From: Podarcis muralis
Taxonomy: Eukaryota
Assembly (NCBI RefSeq): GCF_964188315.1
Contig: NC_135656.1
Coordinates: forward strand, 42,222,001 to 42,286,000
DNA length: 64,000 nucleotides
Direction: 5' to 3'
Below the pieces are notes generated by a model. That model had not been told where the DNA came from. It did no database searches and saw nothing but the letters and a program-made list of their open reading frames with translations. Shown piece by piece: positions 21,451 to 33,400 of the stretch (position 1 is the first letter of the stretch; each line of letters opens with the position of its first letter). Both the position numbers and the translations under genes were made by a program.

Positions 21451-24400
21451 ATTAAGAGTTGCCAACATCTTTCCCCTCCCTGGCAGGACTCCTGTGTCTT
21501 TAACGCCTCTGCCATCCCTGTAGGTAGCAAGTGAATCCTTTTTCCTGCTATGCAATCGACGCCTGGGGAGGCGTCCGCCTGTTAAAAAGCCTGTGCAACT
21601 GTAGCTAGTCACTCACTGTCAATAGGCTTATCTTCCATGAACTTATCTCGTCGTTGTTTTTAAGCCATCCAGGTTCGCAGCCGTCTCTTCTTTCCCGTGG
21701 AAATGCCTTCCATAGTTTTAACTAAGTGAAGAAGTACTTTTTGTCTGTCCTGAATCTTCCAACATTCAGCTTCATTGGATGTCCATGAGTTCTAGAGTTA
21801 CGAAAGAGGGAGAAAAACTTTTCTCTATCCCCTTTCTCCATGCCATTCGTAATTTTATAAGCTTGTATCATGTCAACTCTTAATCGTTTCCCTAAACTAA
21901 AATGTTCCAAATGTTGCAACCTTTCACTCCATCCCTTTAATCATTTTGCTTGCGTTTTCTGAACCTTTTCCAAATCTACAATATCGTTTTTTGAGATGAG
22001 GCTACCAGATCTATACACGGTATTCCAAAGACAGTCCCACCATAGATTTGTATAAAACAGCATTATGGGGTGGTAGTTTTACTTTTATTTCCTTTCCTAA
22101 TTTTGTTGGATGCAACAGGGTGTGCATACAGTCTGGTATCATCTGCAGAATGTGCAACGGGCAGGGTCTGAAGATTAGGGGTGGTTTACTGTGAATATGA
22201 TAATTTTGTCATCTTTAAATGTGAAACAAAACCCCTAGCTTAGTGGTATGTCTGAACTGGGAGCTGTGGTTTGTTTTGCTCCAAACAATCCACTGTCTTC
22301 ACCCACAGTTTGTCCCTGGCTTACTTATAGTTTGTTTCCCTTGTGTGCTGGAGAAGGCAGCCAAAATGGATGAGATTGGTGCTTTCACAGCAAACCACTA
22401 ACTACTGTAAATTGGCATGTTTGAGTAGTCACATTTTCACTCAAATTACAGCTGCTGTATGTGAAAGTATTTAAGAGAGTCTGGGAGGGGAGAAGTTAAT
22501 GTGTGTGAGTTAATGAGTCAATTTTTCTCTTACAGGTTATAGTTCCTGGGGTACTGAGGCCACCAGTACTCAAGGTAAGTCATGATCTCCTAAAATAAAA
22601 AGTTTAGAAAAGAAATGGAAGATAACCTTAAGAATGTTGAGCATAAGTGTGTTTATAAATAAATATGCTTCTCTTAAGCATGGGTCACAAATAATATTTT
22701 TTTAAAGGTCCTGAGCAGCCTTGAACTTCTACTTTGGGGACAATATATTGAGAGGATTTTATTTTGTATAGGAGATGTCCAATAGTTTTAGCTATTTGGG
22801 CAACTAATTTCCCCTTTCCTCCCCCTCTGCAGCCCCCATGCACTTCTGAAATCTGCTCCAGAGAGTTGGGTAATTCTAGAGTAGATTGAGAGGTGTGAGT
22901 AGCTGCAGGTAGAGGAGAGGAAGGGGAAGTCCTCTGGTATGATGGTGGATATTGCCTATATATCTGTACTTAACTCTTTAACACATCACTTGTGTTTTAT
23001 TGTGTTGCTGTCAAAGAACTAATTCATTGAAAATTGTTTTAAATTGCTTGCCTTGTGAAAGAACTTAATCTGTGTTGTGTTAACATCGCTTTGATTGTTG
23101 TGTTTAATGTAAAAGTAAACTTTTGTCTCTTTAAAAGGTGGCTATTCAACGAATCCAGCAAGTTGGCAAGGTATGTGTTTTATTTGCAGTACTGTCTTAA
23201 GTATTTTGCCAATTTTCTCAGAATTAACAAGAATAACTGACTGGAACATTTAGAGGCATTATATAAGTTAGTATGTGAATTTGCATCACTCCTCCTAAAG
23301 CCGAACTTGGCTCCAGAGTTACAACAACTTTGTAGCCAAAAAAGGACCATTGAGTATCAGCATGCTTAGGGGAACCCAGAGGTTTGCAAAAAATCAAAAC
23401 TATCTGAGTGGATCCCTGAAAAGGCCCAGTGAAGGCTGAGTATGCTTAGTAGTTACAGAATCTTAAAAGTTGGCGGTGGGGATTGGAGGAAGAGGGAATG
23501 GAAGTGGCTGATGAAGGGAGGCTTCAAAACTGGCAGGAATGCAAGAGAGGCTAACTGAGAGAGAAGGGAAGTTTAGTAGGAATTAAGGAGAGTGGAAGCT
23601 GAGCATTATATTATACTTTCCTCCCATTCCCCTTCTTTCCCTTCTACGTCCAGTGGATGGAGAGAAAGGGGTGGAGGAAGAGATATATAGATACAAAAAC
23701 AGCACAAAGAACCATTTCATTGTAAACTGGGGAATAACCTATCCACACATTGGAAAATTATTCTTAATTAGACCCAGGGTTGGAAATGAGAGCCTCTCAT
23801 AGAAATCATTGGAGAAATCCAAGATTTTAATATAGCTGCTAATAGACAAATGAAGCAAAGCTGAAGGGAGTATAGGCGGGGAGCTGCAGAAGGGGGACCT
23901 CTTCTGACGAAATCAGAACTTTAGGCAGTCATGGGCATGTTTCTGTCCTGATGAGAATATATTCAGGTACCATTCTGCCACAAATAGAGAATTAACCCCT
24001 TCAATCCTGAGCAAACAGCCTCATCAGCGACAAACTCAGGTGAAACACATACACACAGAAATAATCTGCAAAATTTTGCTGCAGAATTAAGCTTGTAGTA
24101 TACAAAACAGTGTGTCATATAGGTCATGTAATGTTTTTAACTTTTATACTGTTCTTCTTCCAAGGAACATGGGGTGGGTTAAATTTGCTTTTATAGAAGA
24201 AAAATGATAATAACACACCTAAAATCTCCACCTCTTTAATTGTGGGCACATGACTAAAGCAATAACTCTTCATTGGTCTTGTGGCAGTGGACAGTGGTGG
24301 CCTATTAATGTTGGTTGTTTTCAAGTGTGTCTGAGTGTTGGTTGTTTTCAAGTGTGTCTGAGTGTTGGCTGTGGTGATGGTTTCCATAGATAAGATCGAC

Positions 24401-27400
24401 CCTTGAAACTCAGACCCCCCCTTTTTGCTGTACTATTTTCTTTCCTTTTTTCCAGGCTATGAAGGCTATGATTATTACAGTGCCCAAACCAGCAGCTCTA
24501 CTACAGCTGCCCCATACAACTATGATGCTGCCAGTGTTGCTGCAACTACCTGGGACACTCCTAAAGCTACCGACATGACAATGAGTGCTGAGATGGGCTC
24601 TCGCATGCCAGTTGTAAATTACGGTAGTGGGTCAGTGGGCACAGAAAACTCTGACTCCATTATAGCAAAAATAAACCAGCGTCTGGATATGCTGTCAAAG
24701 GAAGGCAGTGGTGGTCCTGGGGAAGGCATGGAAGATCAGGGAAGGTAAACTAAAGATTCTCCTCATCTCTGAAAAACATATTTCTAGTTCTCAATTGAAC
24801 CTTAATTCGTTAAAAACAAGAACTGGTAGAACAATATTGATTACTTGATATGTAGATAGTAGTTTAACATTGGTACAGTTAAACAAATGCTATAGTTTCT
24901 GATGACAAAGCTTTCATGCAAGAGAAAGCAACCTGTTGAAGAGAGGGTCTGCTGCCTTCTCTTGTTGAGGCATCAGCTATCAGATGTGTACCACAAGAGA
25001 TTTTCAAACAGGGTTTTCATAATAGTGCCTTGAAACCACATAGAAAATACATGTTATATAGCTTTCATAATTTGTAAGGGTCCCTGGCTGTCTAACAAAT
25101 ATAGATTGTTTCCTTCTACTTTTGTAGAATGCTTTGCTCCTTATTCCAATACAGTGAACATATAAAGCTGTTTTATGCAGAGTCAGATCATTGATCTATC
25201 TAGTTCAGTGTTGTCTTCTCTGAATAGGAGTAGCTCTCCAGGCTCTTTGGTAAAGGTCATTCTCAGTCCTTTTACTTGTCTTTTTTTACCTGGAGATTCC
25301 AAACTTTGGAACCTTCTGCATGCAAAGCATGTACTCCACCACTAAGCTATTTCCCCTTCTTTGTAGAGAAGCAAATAAACTTTCAGGGGCCTCCAGCATG
25401 CAAATTTGTATCTGTGCCAAGTCTGTTCGGACTACCTGTCAAGTCCTCTATAACTACTGACTGAATTCTTTGCTTGTAATACAGCTCTTTCAGATTTGAG
25501 TCTTACGAGTCCTATGATTCTAGAGCATCCGTGCCTGATCGTGACCTGTACAGAACCAGCTATGACTATAATGAAGTTGGATCAGATCGGAATGATTCTT
25601 TTGGAAGCCGCTATGATGATGTTGGTGACCGCAGAGATCAGCCCCGCAACAGAGGAAACAACTATGGCTTTGCCAGAGGGAGGGCCCAGAATCGAGGGCA
25701 CCCAAACACTTTCAATCGTGACCACTTCATGCCATCAAGTACAGAACGGATGTCTGCACAATGGAATGAGATGAATTACATGGGTGGAAGGAATATGGAA
25801 GGACCTGGACCCAACCGGCTTCCATCACTATTTTCCCAAGCACTCGTCCCAGAGTATAGAGATTATGGCGATTATGGAGACTACGGAGACTATGGCAACT
25901 ATGAGGATTGTGATTACGGCATGATGGGGATGCAAGGAATGGGAATGGGAAGGTTTCCTGGGAACATGCCCTATGGCTTCAACAGATCACGTGGCAGAGT
26001 AAGTTTAGCACACTAACCTTAGGAACTCTTACATTTATAGCTGTTTCAGTAGTTGTAAATCATCAGATTGGTTCAGTGATTAACAACAAGAGAAGATGGT
26101 CTTATTTTTATGTAGATGTTTAATATAACACCATTTATTTTTATTTTTCATTGCAATAATTGGAAGTGATGTTGACAGAATAGTGATGTTTTTGTTTTAT
26201 TGGAACTGAGATGAACTGTTTGAAAAAATGCCTGCTTGTGAGGTAGCGATATATGGGTGTTCCTTGGGTGCATGGGTTGGGCTGTATTCTTTACTAAGGA
26301 AATGCAGGAAATGTATTTTTGTGAAAGAGGACATTTATAGCAGGAAACTAATGCATTCTGGGGTTCCTGGCAAGTGCCAACAAACTGGCCAAGCATGTAT
26401 TGCTCCTTTTTTCTTTCTAGCCAAAGAGGAGACCATTCCGTGGTCGTTTTGGTGGGCATTCAGATTTTGAAAGTGGATTACGCAAACGGAAACATTCCCA
26501 AAGTGGAGATGAACCAGACAGCAAACAGACAAAGACAGAAAGTGAAAGAGGTTATTCTGACAAGGGTAATGTTTTGATTTTGTTACATTAGGGACTAGTT
26601 TCCTTTTTTTCTCATCCTTTGCTTTGGTACCAACCTATTTGTCTTCTAATCATTTATTAAATATGTCATTATAAATCCTACTTCTTCGATGTGCTACTAT
26701 AAAATATAGTACTTTACAGCAATGTTACAGTTCACCAAATAAATAAATGGCCTGCATCTCTGTAGTAAGATGGAGAAGAGTTGGGAAATATATGCTAGCA
26801 AGTAAATTTTTCAGCAGATGGAAACCAAACTTCCACTTTAAATGATCTCAGAAGAGTGCTATGCTTAGACTATAAAATAAAATGACCTTTTCACAGTAGT
26901 TGAATGGTGTCTTGTGTATTGACAGATAATGGTGAAGGAGAGGACAAATCAGGAGATGAAAGAGATAAAGGTGTAAGTAACTTTTTCAAAAGTATCTGGA
27001 TTTTCAGAAGTGATCATTTAAAGTGATGGATGTTTTGGATTGCTGACATTGTAATGCAGCATATTTTACATTGAGCTTTTAAGAGATGTAAAATTAATTA
27101 CTGTGTGTAATCCCTCTCTCCCTTTTTTTAAAGGAGCATGAGAGAAGCAATGAAGATCTAAAGAGGAAAGGTAGGGTTTAATTCATTTGGCAGGCCTATA
27201 TTAACTTTCCACTTGAAAGTTATGAGGGATTGTTATGAGGGATTGTGGAGTGGGTAGGAATTCCATTCTGATCTTCTATGGAGGCCATTACAGTGGTACC
27301 TCGGGTTACAAACAGTCCTGCTTACGAATGCTTCGGGTTACAAACTTACAAACCCGGGTTGCGAACCTTACCCCGGAATATGAACGCAATCCACTTCCAG

Positions 27401-30400
27401 GGCCGCGGTAGGCCTACGTAGGGAATGCGTGCCTCGGGTTAAGAATGCTTCAGGTTAAGAATGGACTTCTGGAACGAATTATGTTCGTAACCCAAGGTAC
27501 CACTGTAGATGCAACCGGCTAAAATTAATTTGAACTCAAAAACTTGTAACATCAATATTAACGCCTTAGGGGAGATAGTATTGTAGCATTCATATATCTT
27601 CCTTAGAAGCAGTGACTAGCCAGATGTCTCTGAAAACTGAAAATATTATATCTAAGATCCTCAGCTTTATTTTCTTTCTTTTTAGTTTTCTTGCCAATAT
27701 TCAACAAATTAGTGATAATTCCTGTTTTAAAGCCATCTAAAGCTGATAGTCATCACTGCATCATGTGACAGTGAATTCCATAACATATTAATTGGGTAAA
27801 TAAATACTATACTCTAAAATCTACTCTTTTCAGTCCCAAGCTCTAGTATTATCTACATATTATGAGCTGGTTTTTGTAACTTAGTATGGATGCGTGAGGC
27901 TTAGCCCTGTGCAGTGCAGCAGCAGGAAAGTGGCTGAAACCACCTCTCATATAATCTTAGAGTTGGAAGGGACCCTAAGGGACATCTCGTCCAACCCCTA
28001 CAATGCAGGAATCTTAGCTAATACATCATGACAGAGACTCTGTAGACAGCACATTCACACTATGCCCATTAGTTGGCTTAGTTTGAAGTAAGCCTATGTA
28101 AACTGCCAGCCCTCTGAACTTTAATTCCTTTTATTTGCTAAAAACCTTTAACTCTTTAGCTTCTCCCAACCTCGTAGGAGATTCAACTCTGTGATCACAG
28201 ATGCTCATATCTTTACCTTCTGCAGTTTTGATACCGTTTTTGAGATGAGTCAAAAACATGCCTTTAAATATGGCCTTGTTGCAAACTTGAATAATACTCT
28301 GATTCTTACTATTTTCAGTACTTCCATAATAATTTGATATAGTTTACCCTTTGCATTGTTGCAGCTCATTGAGTTGATTCTTCCAGGAGCTTTCCATAAG
28401 AACTCCCCAAGATCTGTCTTGGATAGTCACAGACAATTTTGACTTCCTCTTGTGAAGATACCCTTTTAAAAATTCACTGTGCATCACTTTGCACTTAACA
28501 CTGAATTTCACATGCCATTTTGCTGTTTGTTCATTTTCCAGTAACCAGTTTCCATTCCCTGGGCCATTTGTTTAGCTTGATAGAAACATAAAGAAAGATA
28601 TTAGTGAACAGTATAGGTATACCCAGCTGTTTCAGCACATCTCAATGTATTTCTTATAGTTGTAGTGTGTGTTGTGTTGTTGAAACATACATTACTATTT
28701 TTGAGACTACGTTGTTTCAAGTTTCTGCTTCTGTTACTGTTAGTTTATTACATCATATTTATTATGTATCTTTTGTCTTCCTAAGAAGCTCAGAGAGAAA
28801 TGTTAGTGTCCATTCTGTGATTGAGATTGACTTGCCCAAGGCAAACCAGTGAACTTCAGAGTTGACTAGGGATATGAGTGTGACTGTTCCCCACTCCACC
28901 TTCTTCCACTGCACTAGCTAAGAACCATTCAGAGGACTGACATAAGCGTGAAGACTAACAGAAAGCAGTTTCACTGGTGGCAGTATTTCTTATGAGAATA
29001 GCCCTCATGCCTATGTTGTATATCATGAGGGAGGCTATGGCTGTGTTGAAAAAGTGCAATTTAATGAATAATGTAAATAATATTTGTGAATTACACTTGC
29101 CATATGAAACACTGATAGAGGTAAGTGCTTTTTTTATTGCCTTCACATGGTAGATCTTTAATTGACCCTTAGAAAAGCAAGTCAAGGAAAGAGGAGAGAA
29201 GAGATTAGAAGGTACAGTATTTTCATCCCATGACATTGTAATGCAGTTGAACGTTAGTTCTTAAAGAACTGCCTTAAATTTAACTCTCTGTAGCATCTGG
29301 TGATGGCATTGATGATGATGATGATGAAGAGTCAAAACAAAGAAAAGAGAAGCAGAGACAGAGGGATCGAATGCGTGATCGTGCTATGGACAGGTAACTG
29401 AACAGATTAAAACTCTTACATCTTTAAACATCTTTGGCTTAAAATTCATTTTAACTTAAATTCCTGCTTCATACATAAAATTAAACCCACATTATATGTA
29501 GCCTTTCAAAATATGGCTGCAGTAATTGAGAACATTCTGTTGTTTCTCCAGGAATATTCACTAAAGTTTCTTGGGCTGTCTCTTTCTACAAAAGTTATTT
29601 TTTTGCTGCCACCCTGCAAGTTTGCTTTCCAGCTCAAGGAAAACAAATGGCTCTTGCTATGTAAAATTTAGTTTCATACATTGTCTTTTAAATTGCTAAT
29701 AAAATGTACAAATAGTAAGAATTTGAAAATATCGTTGTGAACTGTTTTGGGCTACCTAGTTGAAAAGGTAGTGTAGAAATTAATAATTTAATTAAAATAA
29801 TGGTTGCTTGATGGTAGCCAGCTGAGATTCTATAGGACTTGCCCATGCCAGTGTCATCTTGCATCCCATACATGTCTACAAGGCTCATTATATCTTTGGT
29901 TGTGTCCAGATTAAGTAGGCTTGCTCAACACATTTTTTCCTTCTGCCTCCCTTCCAAAATGTATGTAATTCTATAATACAGGCAAATACTCTTCTGGAAG
30001 GTTAATTGGTTATATCAACTAATATTGCTTTTCAGTATTTCCATAACTGTGTTTGTGTGTGTGTGGTTTCTAAGGATGGCACTTCAGTTTGAGAAACTTT
30101 AAAACCTTAATTGCCTAGAGTAGTTTTGTCAAGGCAAGTGTGTGTCCCCCCCCCCCCCCCATTTTTCTCCTTTCCATGCGTGTGTGGCCTGGAGGCATGG
30201 GTAGAGGGAGAAGAATGGTGGATTACATGAGTCAAGCAGGGGTGTGAAGGAGGTCCAGAAGGTTTTATGTCTTATGCCTATTTTATAAAACATGGTTGAA
30301 ATGGACTGCTCTTCAGGAGAGATACTTTCTTAGTATATGGAAACTCCTGTGGATAGAACCTAAGAATTACAGCACTCTTGTGTTGTGTGATGAAAACTTA

Positions 30401-33400
30401 AATTGTTAATCTTGTGATATTGCTGTTATAAGATAATTTCAAAATATTAGTAAACTCCAGATGAAAATAGATTGTAGCAAAGATATGCATAGTTTGCTAT
30501 AATAAACAAACAGTGCAACCCTAGATTGAAGCAGCAAAGGAATCTGGTAGACAGAATGTTTCTTAGGTTCTGTTAGGACAATAGTTGAATTTATGGTATT
30601 TATTTTTCATGTATTGAATTTCATAAATAATGTGTACTAAAAATCAAATTCAATGCCTTCCTTTAGAATCCAGTTTGCTTGCTCTGTATGTAAATTCCGA
30701 AGCTTTGATGATGAAGAAATGGAGAAGCATCTACAGAGCAAATTTCACAAAGAGGTCCTGCGATACATTGGGACCAAACTGCCTGACAAGACTGTAGAAT
30801 TCCTGCAGGTATGCTTATTTGGGTTTTTAAGTTGTGAACAAAAACAACTATCAGGTAACTGAACTGCTTCTGCTATCTAGTAATTGCGATTAATGCCCAA
30901 AGAATTGCTAGTGGTTATTTTTGTAAGTTTTTCTTAAACTAGGTCAGGCTTCCTCAACCTCAGTCCTCCAGATGTTTTGAGACTATAATTCCCATCATTC
31001 CTGACCACTGGTCCAGCTAGCTATGGATCATGGGAGTTGTAGGCCAAAAACATCTGGAGAGCCGAGGTTGAGGAAGCCTGAACTAGGTTTTTTGTCAAGT
31101 TACTATCAAGTAATTTGTTACATGCAGCATGTTTCCGGATAGCAGTGTCTAACTGGTTGGTCATTAGGGCTTGAGTTGATGAGTCCCACCTGAAAGTGTG
31201 AAGGAAAGATTGAAACAGAACTGTTAAGAAGCCGTTATCCAGTGAACTACATAGTGATTGGAGATCACTAATTTGAGTGATTAGTGTATAGTTGCAATGA
31301 TACCTCTAGCTGGACTTTTTACTCAGTTTTGGAGACAGTGACTTACCTGATTACACATATTTTCTCCTTTACAATCCCCAGAAATATATAGTGAACAGAA
31401 ATAAGAAAATTGGGAAACGCCGACAAGAGCTAACGGAGAAGGATGGTCCAAAACAAAAACCAGATCCTTTCAAAGGTAAGTGGAACACTATTAAGAATTC
31501 TCAATCCACCACCAAGAAAGTACAGTGCAGAAATCTCAACTAAAGTATCCATGACAAATGGCCATACAAACACTGCTTAAAAATCTCCAGTGAAGGTGAG
31601 TCCACCACCTTCTGATAGATTAGGCAGGCTGTTAACTGTTGCTGTGAGGAAGAGAGTACCCAGTTATTAAGAGCAGAGATGTTTCGACAAAAAAACAAGG
31701 CTATAGCCATTGTTGTAATAGTTCCCCCTATGTTTGAGTCATGTTGCCCTAGGATGTTCTAGGTACAGATGAGCTGATGCTTGTGAGGAGTTTTGCAGTA
31801 GCAGCTGGGGTTTTTTTAATGGCATGACCATTATTGCTGTAGTGAGTTTAGTGAGTTTCTTGCATTGGCCTTTGAATTCTCTTCTAGTTTCTCCAACTGT
31901 TTCTTAGTTTGTATGCTTAAAATGATTAATGTAGCCAATTTCTGGGAATGGTGTCAAAACAACTGCTTGAGAAATAACATACTACACCATTTTAATAGTT
32001 TATGTTCAGTTGTGTGCATCTAATTTGTGTTTGTACCATTTCAGGAATTGGCCAGGAGCACTTTTTTAAAAAGATAGATGCTGCTCATTGTATGGCTTGT
32101 GATATGCTAATTCCTGCACAACATCATCTTCTCCAGAGACACCTGAGGTCTGTTGATCACAACAGGAATCGCAGAGTAAGCAGTATTAGTATTTTCTATA
32201 TGATTGATTAATGAAGTGCATTGATTTAGAAGGCAGTCCATGTGTGCTTGCTTAGCAAGTCCCACAAACTGCATGGGGCTTACTTGCTAGTGTGTTTAGT
32301 AATGCAGGTTTAGAAATTCTTTGATTGATTGCTATTCCATACCTGACACTTTTTTCAAATCTGGGATTTGCTTCTCAATTACAATTGAAAACTTATTTAT
32401 GAAGGCATGACTAACCTGCTTTTTGGTTGCTACTAAATGATAGTATAGCATAGATTAGAAAATATTTCTGTGCAGCTTTTCATTCACAAAAATTGCAAAG
32501 CAGCTTACAAACAGTAAATAACAATAACATAATAGAAAATCACAATAGCAACATAAAGCATGTAGAATAATGAACAACTCATCAGTAAAACAATTACAAA
32601 CCATCAATAAAACATTTAAAATCCATAAAACACTTAACAAAACAACTAAAAAAATAAGCTAAACAGCACAATTACAACAAAAAGCATATTATAGGATTCA
32701 CAACATTCATAATCTATAAAACAATATTGGCAACATTAGCAAGATAACAATTAAAAATTATCTTAGGACTGATTGATTAATTCATACACACCCTCACCAC
32801 CTCCATGACTCATAATCTTCCACTCTATTCAGTTCACTAAAGGACACATAAACATAATGCCTGTGGGAGCAACTCCATTCTGAAGGCTCTTAGGGCTGGA
32901 GGGTGGGGCAAGGCATTGCCTGATGGCCATCATAAAATCTCTCCCTTTTTTCTCCTATGTCTGGGACTCAACCTAAGAGTTATTTCACTATATAGGAAAA
33001 GCAAGTGCAGGTGATTTGAATGCCTTCTGGGTGAGTCATGGCTCTTAGCTCAAGGGCATGAGTGTCTCTGTATCTCCTTTTCAAAATATGAAAACTATCA
33101 GACCACTTTTGTGAGGCTTCAGCAAAGCATTCTTTTATGTACAGTCTACTTTTTAAAAAGTGCCAATAATATGCATGGTTTTTCCAGTTTGAGAAACCAT
33201 TATAATGACACCTGTAGCTACAAAAGAGGAGAACTTTATTGGAGTATGAGTAAAGTTACAGTGCTTGATTTTTCCTTATAGTCTCTGAAAGACTTACCGT
33301 ATTTTTCGCTCTATAACACGCACCTGACCATAACACGCACGTAGTTTTTAGAGGAGGAAAGCAAGAAAAAAATATTCTAAACAAAACAGTGGATGTATGA

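Noticed and set aside
23948-23955. CTGATGAG hammerhead-ribozyme core (also 50802-50809)
   Set aside because: No GAAA element after a closable stem II, so the catalytic core is incomplete.
24309-24368. Short tandem duplications (27 bp here; 13 bp at 27220-27245; 24 bp at 34889-34934)
   Set aside because: Two-copy intronic slippage events with no evident function.
25504-25575. Gene conversion between AKAP8 and AKAP8L
   Set aside because: Synonymous positions differ extensively in the shared motif.
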